DNA of 64,000 bases from a bacterium (GTDB lineage Bacteria; Zhuqueibacterota; Zhuqueibacteria; Oceanimicrobiales; Oceanimicrobiaceae). The notes under the pieces were generated by a model. The model saw only the letters and a program-made list of their open reading frames with translations. It was not told where the DNA came from and ran no database searches. The position numbers and the translations under genes were made by a program. Below, one piece after another: positions 30,514-40,896 of this stretch. Where the stretch lies: positions 44,186 to 108,185 of the forward strand of contig JBBIIG010000004.1 in assembly GCA_037446635.1 (NCBI GenBank), in the 5' to 3' direction. Numbering within the stretch: the first letter of the stretch is position 1; each line of letters starts with the position of its first letter.

Positions 30514-31581
30514 TCAATTAATTTTATCTTTTAAAAATTCTCGGATAAATCGCGCGCGATAAACGTCGCGTTCTTCCGATTGCAAATTCCTTTTAAACAC
30601 TTTTTGCAAATGCGCCGGCTGAACCAGCACCGTCAACTGATTTAAAGCGGCGCGGGTAATCTTTTTTAGAATTCCTGATTCCTTCCCCAGGCGAATCGCG
30701 GAAATTAGGTTCAGAGATTCCAACGTGCTCATCATGCGGGCGTTGGTCAAAAGTCCGATCGCCCGATAAACGGAATCTTCCAATTTGAGCTTGTCGTTGG
30801 CGGCCAAATCTGCGCGCGCCGCCCGCTCCATCGCAACGATTTTTTCGGAGACGTCGAGCATGCGTTTGATGACCCCCTTTTCCGTCAACCCCAGGGTGAG
30901 CTGGTTGGAGATTTGAAAAATGTTTCCCACGGAATCGCTGCCCTCGCCGTAAAATCCGCGCACGGCAATTTCCGAGGTGGGCAAATCATTCAAAACTTTG
31001 TTGATTTTTTCGCTGAGCGCCAGCGCCGGCAAATGAATGAAGATCGAGACCCGCAGGCCGGTTCCGAGATTGGTGGGGCAGGCCGTCAGGTAACCAAATT
31101 GATTCGAGAAGGAAAATTCTAATTGTGCTCCCAATTCATCATCCACGGCGCTGATGAGCTTCCAGGCTTTCTGAATGCCCAAGCCGGCTTCCAGGGCCTG
31201 GATGCGCAGATGGTCTTCTTCGTTTACCATGATGCTGACCGCCTCTTCTGCAGACACGATCAACAACGCCGGCTTTTTGCTGGCGACGAACTGCGGGCTG
31301 GCGAGGCGGCGTTCCACCAAAAATCGCGCCTCCAATTCCGTGAAGCGCCCGATCTCCAGGAAGCGGGCGCCGTCTAAAAGCTTGGAGTGATCGCAGGCGG
31401 ACTTCACTTTTTCAATCACCCGATTCAACACGTCGCGATTGGCGCGGTTGGGAAAAGGCAGGCCTGCGAGGTTACGCGCCAGGCGGATGCGCGAAGAAAT
31501 GATGACGTCCGAATACGCATCCTCATCGCTTAACCAATTTCCAAAATTAAATAAATCTTCTTTTGAGGTAGCCGGCTTCAT
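30514..31581 (-). CDS. mcsB: Protein arginine kinase McsB
   Basis: SSRIRLARN, NEEDHLRIQ, CPTNLGTG, QPAHLQ; lies between mcsA and clpC. Confidence 0.93.
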   Translation of the reverse strand: MKPATSKEDLFNFGNWLSDEDAYSDVIISSRIRLARNLAGLPFPNRANRDVLNRVIEKVKSACDHSKLLDGARFLEIGRFTELEARFLVERRLASPQFVASKKPALLIVSAEEAVSIMVNEEDHLRIQALEAGLGIQKAWKLISAVDDELGAQLEFSFSNQFGYLTACPTNLGTGLRVSIFIHLPALALSEKINKVLNDLPTSEIAVRGFYGEGSDSVGNIFQISNQLTLGLTEKGVIKRMLDVSEKIVAMERAARADLAANDKLKLEDSVYRAIGLLTNARMMSTLESLNLISAIRLGKESGILKKITRAALNQLTVLVQPAHLQKVFKRNLQSEERDVYRARFIREFLKDKIN

Positions 31582-32108
31582 CGCAACATTCCATTTTCCA
31601 GGTCGCTTTTATCGATCTCGCGCTCGGCGTCGCGAATAATATCCCGCAGCTGCGCCGCCTTTTCAAAATTTTCGGATTTGATCGCCCGTTCCAATTGCGT
31701 CCTGAAATTTTTAATCTTAGAATGATCGACGACGCGCCGAAACGATTTCGGGCAACTGCCGATGTGCTGGTTGCTGCCGTGAATGCGCCGCAATACCAGG
31801 TTTAAATCTTCCAAGAAAATATCGTAGCATTGGCCGCAGCCGAGGAGTCCGGTTTTCTCAAACGTTTCCCAGCTCGTGCCGCAGCCCGGACAGCGCCGCT
31901 TATCATTCGATTGTTCGCGCCGCAGAGTATACTCTCCCAGCAACTCGGCGATAAAATTTCCAAACATCTGCGGCAGGGCGCTGAAGGGATTATCGACGCC
32001 CTTCTGTTCCGCGCAGTCCTTACACAAATTCACTTCGATTTTTTTGCCATTAATCGTGTGCGCGATTTTGATGGCCGCGCTGTTGACATGGCAGACCTGA
32101 CACAGCAT
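31578..32108 (-). CDS. mcsA: McsA activator (CxxC motifs plus UVR domain)
   Basis: Four CxxC motifs, RIHGSNQHIG, ENFEKAAQLRD. Confidence 0.92.
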   Translation of the reverse strand: MLCQVCHVNSAAIKIAHTINGKKIEVNLCKDCAEQKGVDNPFSALPQMFGNFIAELLGEYTLRREQSNDKRRCPGCGTSWETFEKTGLLGCGQCYDIFLEDLNLVLRRIHGSNQHIGSCPKSFRRVVDHSKIKNFRTQLERAIKSENFEKAAQLRDIIRDAEREIDKSDLENGMLR

Positions 32109-32109
32109 C

Positions 32110-32814
32110 TCAAACGATCTGATTTAGTTGTTCCCGTTTAATTTGGCCGTCAAACAACTCAATTACTTTATCGGCATTTTCCGCCAGTTCAAGATTATGA
32201 GTTACAATTATGAATGTTCGATTATCCTTGCGGCTCAATTTCCACAGCAAATCGTGCAGCGCCTGGCTGTTGGCCTGATCAAGATTGCCCGAGGGCTCGT
32301 CGGCCAGCACAATTTTGGGATTGTTCATTAGCGCCCTGGCCACGGCCACGCGCTGCAGCTCGCCGCCGGATAACTCCCCGGGGCGATGGCTTAAACGGTG
32401 CTCCAAACCCACTTCACTCAATAAAAACCGCGCACGCACGCTAATTTCTTCCTTCGGTTTGCCGGCGATTAGAGCCGGCATCATCACGTTTTCCAACGCG
32501 CTGAACTCCGGCAGCAGATGATGAAACTGAAAAACGAAGCCCACGGTCTGGTTGCGAAAATGGGATAACTCGCTATCGCTAAAACCGTCGAGACTCGTGC
32601 CGTCGATCATCACGGCGCCGCTGGAGGGCCGATCTAATGCGCCGAGAATATGCAGCAGCGTGCTTTTACCCACGCCAGAGTGTCCGACGATGGCGACGAT
32701 CTGGCCCTGGTTCACTTCCAAATTTATACCTTTAAGAACATGCACCCGGCGCGTTCCGGACTGATAAACTTTGTGGAGCCCGCGGGCCACCAAAATTGCG
32801 CCATTTGCTCTCAT
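32110..32814 (-). CDS. lolD: Lipoprotein-releasing ABC transporter ATP-binding protein
   Basis: GHSGVGKST, FQFHHLLPEFSALENV, LSGGELQRVA, ADEPSGNLD. Confidence 0.9.
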   Translation of the reverse strand: MRANGAILVARGLHKVYQSGTRRVHVLKGINLEVNQGQIVAIVGHSGVGKSTLLHILGALDRPSSGAVMIDGTSLDGFSDSELSHFRNQTVGFVFQFHHLLPEFSALENVMMPALIAGKPKEEISVRARFLLSEVGLEHRLSHRPGELSGGELQRVAVARALMNNPKIVLADEPSGNLDQANSQALHDLLWKLSRKDNRTFIIVTHNLELAENADKVIELFDGQIKREQLNQIV

Positions 32815-32815
32815 G

Positions 32816-34057
32816 CTACTCGTAACGGATGGCCTCCACCGGATCGAGCCGGGCGGCGCGGCGCGCCGGGTAAACCGTCGCCAGAAAACACAACGCAATA
32901 GCCGCCGCTGCGATCATAATAAAATCGCTTTGCTTCATTAAAATCGGCAGCGCGCTGATAATATATACATCCGGCGGCAGCGAAAAAAACTGGTATTTTT
33001 CCTGCGCCCAACAGAGGGCGAACCCGATAGCACACCCCAGCGCCGTGCCCACCACGCCGCCAATCAACCCCTCGAACATAAAAATTTTCATGATGCTGGC
33101 AGAGGACGCGCCCATCGATTTTAAGATGCCGATCTCTTTGGTTTTCTCCAGCACGATCATGATCAGCGTGCTCACAATGTTGAACGCCGCCACCATGATG
33201 ATCAAACTAAGAATAATAAACGCCGCCCACTTTTCGATTTTCATCCACGAGAAAAGATTTTTATTCATATCAAACCAAGTAATCGTGGCGTAAGGGTACC
33301 CTAACAATTGCTCGATGCGTTTTGAAACCGCTTCGGCCTGGTCGAGATCATCCAACTTGATTTCCAAACCGGTGACGGCGTCTTTCATATCGAACAGCTT
33401 CTGTGCTTCACGAAGCGAAATATAAGCAAAGACATCGTCAAATTCAAATATGCCAGTTTCAAAATAACCGGCGACCTCGAAGGTCTTCAAATTAGGAATT
33501 TTCGACATGATGGGCGAGATGCCGCTGGGGCTGAGAATTTGCACGCGGTCGCCCAAACCCACCGTTAACTTGTCTGCCAGATACCGCCCTAACACAATGC
33601 CGGGCAGGGTGCGCTGTCCATTCGCGCCTTCGATTTCGCCGATGTTAAACGCGCCAAACACCACGTCCTCTTCGATATCCGAAACCTCGCCGACGGTTTG
33701 AGGATCGACGCCCTTTATTACTACCCCCGATTTCTTGTTTTTGGAGATGATGAGGCCTTTTTCGTTGACGTACGGAGAAACGCCGATGATGTGCGGGAGA
33801 TGGCGAATCCGCTCGCGCAGATTTTCGTGATCTTCCAGGCTTTCATAATGATATTTGCGCAGCTCGATGTGCGCGCCAAACCCGATGATGCGCGACCGCA
33901 CTTCGCTTTCAAAGCCATTCATGATCGAGAGCACGACAATCAGCGCGGCCACGCCGATCATCACCCCCAAAATGGAAATGTAATTAATCAAAGAGATGAA
34001 GCCGGTGCGGCGCTTGGAACGCAAGTAGCGATTGGCAATAAATAATTCGTAAGACAT
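32816..34057 (-). CDS. lolE: Lipoprotein-releasing ABC transporter permease LolC/E
   Basis: FIANRYLRSK, VLSIMNGFE, EIGILKSMGA, YPARRAARLDPVEAIRYE. Confidence 0.9.
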   Translation of the reverse strand: MSYELFIANRYLRSKRRTGFISLINYISILGVMIGVAALIVVLSIMNGFESEVRSRIIGFGAHIELRKYHYESLEDHENLRERIRHLPHIIGVSPYVNEKGLIISKNKKSGVVIKGVDPQTVGEVSDIEEDVVFGAFNIGEIEGANGQRTLPGIVLGRYLADKLTVGLGDRVQILSPSGISPIMSKIPNLKTFEVAGYFETGIFEFDDVFAYISLREAQKLFDMKDAVTGLEIKLDDLDQAEAVSKRIEQLLGYPYATITWFDMNKNLFSWMKIEKWAAFIILSLIIMVAAFNIVSTLIMIVLEKTKEIGILKSMGASSASIMKIFMFEGLIGGVVGTALGCAIGFALCWAQEKYQFFSLPPDVYIISALPILMKQSDFIMIAAAAIALCFLATVYPARRAARLDPVEAIRYE

Positions 34058-34065
34058 AATTTGCG

Positions 34066-35586
34066 CTATAAATTTTCCGGCCGCATGTGCGGAAATAAAA
34101 TCACGTCGCGAATCGACGGCTGGTCGGTCAAAAGCATCACCAGGCGATCGACGCCAATTCCCAGGCCCGCGGTGGGCGGCATGCCGTATTCCAGGGCGCG
34201 CAGGTAATCGTCGTCCAACATTTGCGCTTCCTCGTCTCCCAATTCCAACAGCTTTTTTTGCTCGAGAAAACGCTGGCGCTGATCCAGCGGGTCGTTCAAT
34301 TCCGAAAAGGCGTTGCCGATTTCGCCGCCGGCGATGAACGGCTCGAAGCGCTCCACCAGCCGCGGATCGTCGCGGTGGCGCTTGGCCAGCGGCGACAACT
34401 CCACCGGGTAGTCCATCACGAACGTCGGCTGAATTAAATTGGGCTCGACTTTCTCGCTGAAAATCTCATCGACAATTTTGCCTTCCCGCCAAAACGGCTC
34501 GACTTTTATGCCCAGTTCTTCGGCGGCCTTTTTTAATTCAGCAAAATTTTTGCCGTACAAATCTTTACCCGTGAATTCTTTGATCAAATCAAAAAGTTTG
34601 GCGCGCCGCCACGGCGGAGTTAAATCAATTTCCCGGCCCTGGTGGGTGATCTTCGCGGCGCCGCTGATCTGTTTTACAATATAACTGATCATCTCTTCCA
34701 CCAAATTCATCATGAAGTGATAATCCTGGTACGCCACGTACAGCTCCATCATGGTGAACTCGGGGTTGTGAAATCGATCCATGCCCTCGTTGCGAAAATC
34801 TTTGGAAATTTCGTACACGCCGTCGAAGCCGCCGACGATCAGCCGCTTCAAATACAGCTCGTCGGCGATGCGCAGGTACAAATTCATGTCGAGGGCGTTG
34901 TGGTGGGTGATGAACGGGCGCGCCGAGGCGCCGCCGTAAATCGGCTGCAGCACTGGCGTTTCCACTTCGAGATAGCCGCGTTCGTCCAAAAATTTTCTCA
35001 TGGCGGAGACGATTTTCGCGCGCGTCACAAACACGCTGCGGACTTGTGGATTCACCACCAAGTCCACGTAGCGCTGGCGGTAGCGCAGCTCTTTATCGGA
35101 AAAGGGATCGAACACGATTTTCTCGCCGCCCGCAATTTTTTCTTTGACGATGGGCAGCGGCCGCAGGGTTTTGGCCAGCAGTTTGAGATCGGAGGTTTTG
35201 ATGGTCACTTCGTTGGTGCGGGTGAGAAAAACTTCGCCGCTCACGCCGACGATGTCGCCGATATCCAACAGGCCGAACAACTCGAAATTTTTCTCCCCCA
35301 CTTCATCCTGGCGGACGTAAATTTGGATTTTGCCCTGGGCGTCCATCACGTGGCCAAAATAGACTTTGCCGTGCCCGCGGATGGACATCAGCCTGCCGCA
35401 CACCGCAACGGTTTTGCCGAGAAAATTGGCAGAGTCGTCCAAGATATCTTTTGAAAAATGGGTGCGCTCAAAATTGTAGGGATAGGGATTGACGCCGGCT
35501 GCCTGCAGTTGCTCCAGCTTGCGCCGGCGCGTGCGCATGACTTCGTTGAGGTCGTCGGTTTCGATGGGTGGTTTATTTTCTTGCAT
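34066..35586 (-). CDS. lysS: Lysine--tRNA ligase (class II)
   Basis: [40 protein letters not shown]. Confidence 0.97.
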   Translation of the reverse strand: MQENKPPIETDDLNEVMRTRRRKLEQLQAAGVNPYPYNFERTHFSKDILDDSANFLGKTVAVCGRLMSIRGHGKVYFGHVMDAQGKIQIYVRQDEVGEKNFELFGLLDIGDIVGVSGEVFLTRTNEVTIKTSDLKLLAKTLRPLPIVKEKIAGGEKIVFDPFSDKELRYRQRYVDLVVNPQVRSVFVTRAKIVSAMRKFLDERGYLEVETPVLQPIYGGASARPFITHHNALDMNLYLRIADELYLKRLIVGGFDGVYEISKDFRNEGMDRFHNPEFTMMELYVAYQDYHFMMNLVEEMISYIVKQISGAAKITHQGREIDLTPPWRRAKLFDLIKEFTGKDLYGKNFAELKKAAEELGIKVEPFWREGKIVDEIFSEKVEPNLIQPTFVMDYPVELSPLAKRHRDDPRLVERFEPFIAGGEIGNAFSELNDPLDQRQRFLEQKKLLELGDEEAQMLDDDYLRALEYGMPPTAGLGIGVDRLVMLLTDQPSIRDVILFPHMRPENL

Positions 35587-35670
35587 GATTTACTTTCGAA
35601 TATGTGCGAATATAAAGACATTCGTATCGCTAACAGCACGTAATTTGTGCCGCAACCCAGTCCCTTCTAT

Positions 35671-35838
35671 CTATGTTTTTTGTTTTTGCTTTCTTTCTCT
35701 TTCCTTAACGCTGCAACCGTCTGGATAACTTTGATTTAATTTGCTCGATCTCTTCAACAAGCTCTCCGTAGTTCTTTCGCTTCGGATCTGTTCCAAATCA
35801 TTCCAAGCAGATACCGTCCAGATTACTCTTTTAGCCAT
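35671..35838 (-). pseudogene. Truncated ParE/RelE-like toxin remnant
   Basis: ORF overlaps the antitoxin end. It starts MAKRVIWTVSAWNDLEQI (ParE-like N-terminus), then runs into unrelated low-complexity sequence; 55 aa. Confidence 0.55.
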
Positions 35839-36011
35839 TTGGCCATCCTTTGCTCAACTTCCTCTTGGGTGAGCACACGGCCATCTTCAATATCCTTGAT
35901 ACCCTGCTCTATTTTGGCGCGCACAAAGATATGATACTGAATATCCTCAAATGAGGAATCATCTGGGATACTGTCGGGTATTCTTCGGACTTCATCTTTT
36001 GCAGTACTCAT
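35823..36011 (-). CDS. Putative antitoxin (ParD-like small acidic protein)
   Basis: PDDSSFEDIQYHIFVRAKIEQGIKDIEDGRVLTQEEV pattern; low GC. Confidence 0.7.
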   Translation of the reverse strand: MSTAKDEVRRIPDSIPDDSSFEDIQYHIFVRAKIEQGIKDIEDGRVLTQEEVEQRMAKWLKE

Positions 36012-36019
36012 TTTCGTCC

Positions 36020-37156
36020 TCACACATTATTTTTAAAAACCCGCGGCACCCGCTCCGAAACCCAGCACGTCACCTCGTAGGGAATCGTATTCAGCCTTTC
36101 GGTGATTTCGTAAATGGTGATCTCCTCGCCGCCCTGCTGGCCCAGCAACACCACTTCGTCGCCAATTTGAATTTCGCTGCCAGTTCCGATATCCACCATG
36201 ATTTGATCCATCGTTACCCGGCCAATCACCGGCCAGCGCCGGCCGCGAATCAAAACCTCCCCGCGATTGGAGAGCAGGCGATTGTAGCCGTCGGCGTACC
36301 CAATTGCTACCGTCGCAACCCTGGTTTTTTGACGGGCCTGGTACGTGCGATTATAACTAATAAATGCGTCTTTTTCAACTTCTTTTATAAAAATCACCCG
36401 CGACTTGATGGACATCGCCGGGCGCAGGGAAAGGCTGCGGGCGGTTTCCGCGGCCGGATAGTAACCGTAAAGACTGACGCCCGGCCGCACCATGTCAAAA
36501 TAGGATTCCGGCAAATTCAAAATCGCGCCGCTGTTGGCCGCGTGTTTGAGCGGAATGCGGAGGCCCCGGTTTTCCAATTCCAAAATGATTTCTCGAAACC
36601 GCGCCAACTGGGTGTGCGAGTACGTAGGGTCGGCTTCGTCGGCGGAGGAGAGATGTGTATAAATTCCAACGATTTCGATATTCGTCAATTCACTCACCCA
36701 CTCCACAAATTGCGGCGCCTCCTGCCAGGGCGCTCCCACCCTTCCCATGCCGGTATCGATTTTGATGTGCACGCGAGCGGGTTGGCTAGGGCTTGCCCGT
36801 TTAGAAAGAACGGCCGCGAGGCCGAGATCGTACAACGTCAACTCTAAATTATATTTCAGCGATTCGGCGATTTGATCTTCAAAAAATCCGCCGAGCACAA
36901 GGATGGGTTTTTCGATGCCCGCTTCCCGTAATTCCACCCCCTCTTCCACTCGCGCCACTCCAAAATAATCGGCGCCGTGCGCGACCGCCGTTTTCGCCAC
37001 CGCCGCGGCGCCGTGGCCGTAGGCGTTCGCTTTCACCACGGCCATCACTCCTGCCGGCGCGACCCGCTTTTTGATTTCTGTCAAATTATGAGCAATCGCG
37101 CCCAGGTCGATTTCTGCAATGGCTGCCCGGCTTTCAAACGGGAATTTCGTCTTCAA
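36020..37156 (-). CDS. alr: Alanine racemase
   Basis: AVVKANAYGHG, KIDTGMGR, GYADG, IPYE. Confidence 0.96.
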   Translation of the reverse strand: MKTKFPFESRAAIAEIDLGAIAHNLTEIKKRVAPAGVMAVVKANAYGHGAAAVAKTAVAHGADYFGVARVEEGVELREAGIEKPILVLGGFFEDQIAESLKYNLELTLYDLGLAAVLSKRASPSQPARVHIKIDTGMGRVGAPWQEAPQFVEWVSELTNIEIVGIYTHLSSADEADPTYSHTQLARFREIILELENRGLRIPLKHAANSGAILNLPESYFDMVRPGVSLYGYYPAAETARSLSLRPAMSIKSRVIFIKEVEKDAFISYNRTYQARQKTRVATVAIGYADGYNRLLSNRGEVLIRGRRWPVIGRVTMDQIMVDIGTGSEIQIGDEVVLLGQQGGEEITIYEITERLNTIPYEVTCWVSERVPRVFKNNV

Positions 37157-38268
37157 AAGAAATGGCCGCTTTGTTGTCTTTTTGTGAGAGAAACGCCAAA
37201 ATAAAATCGTCGAGGTCGCCGTCCATCACCCGCTGAATGCTGCTGGTTTCGTGACCAGTGCGGTGATCCTTCACCAGCGTGTAGGGCTGAAAAACATACG
37301 AGCGGATCTGGCTGCCCCAGGCGATCTCCTTTTTGTTTTTCTCGAACTCCGAAAGCTTCGCTTCTTCCTCTTCCTTTTTCTTCTGATACAACCGCGCCGA
37401 CAAAATTTTCATGGCGCTGCTTTTGTTTTTGTGCTGCGAGCGCTCGCTCTGGCACTGCACCACGATGCCGGTCGGAATGTGGGTGATGCGCACCGCGGAG
37501 CTGGTTTTGTTGACGTGCTGGCCGCCGGCGCCGCTGGCGCGGTAGGTGTCGATGCGCAAATCGTTGGGATCGATTTTGATTTCGACGTCGCTTTCGAGCT
37601 CCGGATAAACGAACACCGACGCAAACGAAGTGTGCCGCCGGGCGTTGGCGTCAAACGGGGAAATGCGCACGAGGCGGTGAACGCCGGCCTCGGCCTTCAA
37701 ATAGCCATAAGCATATTTGCCGACGACTTCGATGGTCACGCTTTTGATGCCGGCCTCTTCGCCGTATTGCAGATCGAGAATATCGCTTTGGAAGCCTTTG
37801 TTTTCGATCCAGCGCAAGTACATGCGCATCAGCATCTGCGCCCAATCCTGCGATTCGGTACCGCCGGCGCCGGGGTGAATGGTCAGCAGCGCATTGCTGG
37901 CGTCGTCCTCGCCGTTCAACATATTTTCAAACTCGATCTCGTCGATACGCTTTTCGAGCTGGTTCAGATCGTCGGCAATTTCGGCAAAGGTTTTTTGATC
38001 GTTTTCCTGCTGGGCCAGTTCCAACAAAATTTGCAAATCCGAAAATCTCGAGGCCAACTCGTTGTAAGTGTTCACGTGCTCGCGGTGGCCGCTGATTTCG
38101 CGCATCACCTGCTGGGCTTTTTCGTTATCGTCCCAAAAATTGGGTTCGGTTGATTTCTTTTCTAATTTCTGGATGATGGACGCGCGCGCCGCGACGTCAA
38201 AGACGCTCCTTTAAATGAGCGATGCGCTCGTCCAGTTGGTCTAATTTTTCTTTTAGCTCAGAATACAT
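37134..38268 (-). CDS. prfB: Peptide chain release factor 2, +1 programmed frameshift after codon 23
   Basis: ATG at 38268 with GGAGG; ...AAG GAG CGT CTT TGA C...; SPF and GGQ motifs in the downstream frame. Confidence 0.96.
38196..38211 (-). promoter_or_regulatory. prfB frameshift site with internal Shine-Dalgarno
   Basis: AAGGAG-CGT-CTTTGAC. Confidence 0.92.
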
Positions 38269-38307
38269 AATTCCTCCGAAGGCTTCAGTTGAAAATTTTT
38301 GCGGTGA

Positions 38308-38336
38308 AATATACGACAAAATAAGCAGCTTGTCAA
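38308..38336 (-). promoter_or_regulatory. Sigma70 promoter of the prfB operon
   Basis: TTGACA-17bp-TATATT. Confidence 0.75.
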
Positions 38337-38392
38337 GCAGGTTGCGGAGGGGAGAAGGTTGGAGTAAAATTTGAGAAAATTTGATCGGAGTT

Positions 38393-39043
38393 CTACCCCA
38401 CCAGCAGATCGCTCATCATCTTTTGCACCAATTGGATTTCATCGAAGTTGATGGTGTGCCCCAAGTTCGGATACAACCGCGCGGTTACCTCCGCGCCCAA
38501 CTTTTTGAAAACTTCAGACGTTTCTAAAAAACGTTCTCGCGGAATATGAAAATCGGGATCGCTGCAGCCGAGAAAAACCGGCGTGCCCGCGAAGGCGCCG
38601 GCGTAATCGCGCGGCGTTCCCGCCGGCCCAATCAGCCCGGCGCTCAAACCAACGAGCCCACCGTAGCGCTGCGCATGGCGGGCCGCAAATTCCAACGCCA
38701 AACATCCACCCTGAGAAAATCCCAGCAGCATCACCCGCTGAGGTGGAATGCCGGCAGTTTCGAGTTGTGCGAAGATACCGGCGATCACTTGCAGCCCGGA
38801 GGAAATGCCCGGCTCGTTCTGCGGAATCGGCGCCAAAAAACTGTACGGGTACCAGGTGTTGCCGGCGGCCTGCGGAGCAAGATAAGCAAACTCCGGGCGG
38901 CGGAATTCTGCAACGAGGGTCAGGATGTCATGCGCCGTCGCGCCGCGGCCGTGAATTAGAATCATCGCGGCCAGGGCTTTTTCTAATGGCGCGCCGGCGG
39001 TTAAAACCGGCTGCCCCTGGTGCGGCGAGAGAGTACTCTGCAA
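38393..39043 (-). CDS. Phospholipase/carboxylesterase (alpha/beta hydrolase)
   Basis: IHGRGA, GFSQG, DPDFHIP, LGHTI. Confidence 0.9.
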   Translation of the reverse strand: MQSTLSPHQGQPVLTAGAPLEKALAAMILIHGRGATAHDILTLVAEFRRPEFAYLAPQAAGNTWYPYSFLAPIPQNEPGISSGLQVIAGIFAQLETAGIPPQRVMLLGFSQGGCLALEFAARHAQRYGGLVGLSAGLIGPAGTPRDYAGAFAGTPVFLGCSDPDFHIPRERFLETSEVFKKLGAEVTARLYPNLGHTINFDEIQLVQKMMSDLLVG

Positions 39044-39180
39044 AAACGTTCCTTGAAATTTTAATTAAATCAGGACTATTGTAAAAATCCCTTAGAGGAG
39101 ATGGCTTCTGTCAATGAAAGCAGACCATGAATTTCCAAGCTAATAGCTTAAGCTTAATAAATTAAGCTGCTGCTGTCTAT

Positions 39181-39231
39181 AGTCGATTTCAATCGACTTC
39201 AGCAAATTAGCCTGATGATTCATCATCAGGC
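39181..39231. repeat. Double-hairpin REP-like element
   Basis: AGTCGATT-TC-AATCGACT and GCCTGATGAT-TC-ATCATCAGGC. Confidence 0.6.
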
Positions 39232-39255
39232 GATCTGATTTTTACAATAGTCCAG

Positions 39256-40200
39256 TTAAATTTTAGGGAAATTGACGGACGGCAGCGCTTGTTCGATTTT
39301 TTGGCGATCCGCTTCCAGCCACGGCGGCAGTTTCAGATTTCGGCCTAACTCTTCCGGCGGCTCATCAACCGTGAAGCCCGGCGGATCCGTCGCAATCTCG
39401 AACAACACTTGTCCCGGCTCACGAAAATAGATGGAACGAAAATAGTTGCGATCGATCACCGGCGTGACGTTGTAACCGAGTCGAGCCAATTCGCTGCGCA
39501 GCTTGAGTTGCGCGGCTTCGTTTTCGGCGCGCCAGGCCACGTGATGAACGGCGCCCACTCCCATTCGCCCGGGCGGCGCATCGGGCAGGCAAAGGAGATC
39601 GACGATTGCGCCGGGCCCGCCTTCTCCCGTCTCGTAACGAAAACGATTGCCGGACTCGCGCAGCGGGCGAAATCCTAAAGTCGTGGTCAGCAAGCCGGCG
39701 GTGCGTTCATAGCCTTCCTCCGCCAGCGCCACGTGATAAAACCCACGAATGGCGTGAGCCGCCGGCGCCGGGCCGCCCTCCCAGAGCGGACGCGGGTCGC
39801 GGGCCGAGGCAACCAGTTCCAACTCCACGCCGTCGGGATCGTTCAAGCTCAAAACCTCTTCATCAAAACGAGTGAACGGGCCTTTTAAATTAACATTGTA
39901 TTTTTGCAAACGCTCGCTCCAATATCCCACTGCGCTTTGCGGAATGGAAAAAGAGGTTGCGGCGACTTGCCGCACACCGCGCCGGCCAAGCAGTCCCTGC
40001 GCGCCCCACGGAAAAAAGGTGATGATGCTGCCGGGCGCGCCCACTCCGACTCCGAAATAAAAATGGTAAGTGGCGGGATCGTCGAAATTGACGGTCTTTT
40101 TGAGCAGCCGCAACCCCAAAACGCCGCAGTAAAAATCAACGTTGGCTTGCGGATCGCCGGCGATGGCGGTAACGTGGTGGATTCCGAGGGTCGAGTTCAT
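39256..40200 (-). CDS. Ring-cleaving dioxygenase, VOC family (MhqO-like)
   Basis: GIHHVTAI, KTVNFDDP, VHHVAWR, DRNYFRSIYFREP, FEIATD. Confidence 0.93.
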   Translation of the reverse strand: MNSTLGIHHVTAIAGDPQANVDFYCGVLGLRLLKKTVNFDDPATYHFYFGVGVGAPGSIITFFPWGAQGLLGRRGVRQVAATSFSIPQSAVGYWSERLQKYNVNLKGPFTRFDEEVLSLNDPDGVELELVASARDPRPLWEGGPAPAAHAIRGFYHVALAEEGYERTAGLLTTTLGFRPLRESGNRFRYETGEGGPGAIVDLLCLPDAPPGRMGVGAVHHVAWRAENEAAQLKLRSELARLGYNVTPVIDRNYFRSIYFREPGQVLFEIATDPPGFTVDEPPEELGRNLKLPPWLEADRQKIEQALPSVNFPKI

Positions 40201-40201
40201 C

Positions 40202-40843
40202 TCAGGTCAGCGGTTGCGCATTTTCGTCTTTGAAATCGATCTCCACGTGCGTGCCGTCGCAGAACGGTTTATTTTTGGAGGCGCCGCAGCGGCACAGCGA
40301 GTAGTGTTCCGGCGAAGGCGGCTGCGCGTGTTCACAAATAAATTGGATGCGGCCAGTGACATTGAGCGGCCCATCTTTCACAATATCAACCGCCGGCGGA
40401 CGCTCTAAATCGCGATGGTGAATCTCCTCGATGCTGTAACTGAGCGCGCCGGAAGGGCAGCGTTTGACGACTTCGATAATTTCATCCACCGCCGCCGCGT
40501 CCGGCTGAATCCACGGGCGCTCGCCAAACCGGAAAACCGCCGGCAAGCGGTTCACGCATTCTTTCGCGTGCGAACAGATCACCCGGTTATCGTGAATGGT
40601 GATGCGTTGGCCTTGGTATTTTCTTTCTCTGTCCAAAGGCTTATCAATCAGACGCTCCCCGCGAAACCCGATTTTTTTGTGGCTGCCGTCGCAAAAGGGT
40701 TTATTTTGCGAAGTCCCACAGCGGCAAAAGTGCATTTCTTCCTTGCAGGCGAGAGCCTGCCCGTTTGGAAGCCGGCAGGTTTGCAACCCCGTGATGCGGA
40801 TCGGCCCGTCTTTCAAAATTTCAATGACGACGTTTGATTTCAT
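40202..40843 (-). CDS. CDGSH iron-sulfur protein with two CDGSH domains flanking a divergent 4Fe-4S domain
   Basis: CRCG.S.NKPFCDG(S/T)H twice; CSHAKEC...CPSGAL. Confidence 0.9.
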   Translation of the reverse strand: MKSNVVIEILKDGPIRITGLQTCRLPNGQALACKEEMHFCRCGTSQNKPFCDGSHKKIGFRGERLIDKPLDRERKYQGQRITIHDNRVICSHAKECVNRLPAVFRFGERPWIQPDAAAVDEIIEVVKRCPSGALSYSIEEIHHRDLERPPAVDIVKDGPLNVTGRIQFICEHAQPPSPEHYSLCRCGASKNKPFCDGTHVEIDFKDENAQPLT

Positions 40844-40859
40844 ATTTTTCCAAATTCAT

Positions 40860-40890
40860 AAACTCCGGGGTTTTAAAAACCCCGGAGTTT
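40860..40890. repeat. Perfect 15-bp-arm palindrome
   Basis: AAACTCCGGGGTTTT-A-AAAACCCCGGAGTTT. Confidence 0.8.
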
Positions 40891-40896
40891 AAAATG

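Noticed and set aside
10878..38153. Long antisense ORFs (e.g. 10878-11909, 27836-28741, 35951-36847, 37251-38153)
   Set aside because: Shadows of well-supported genes on the opposite strand, with no motifs of their own
39095..39180. Fluoride-riboswitch-like start GGAGATGGC
   Set aside because: On the wrong strand for the neighbouring genes, and the remaining conserved elements are missing
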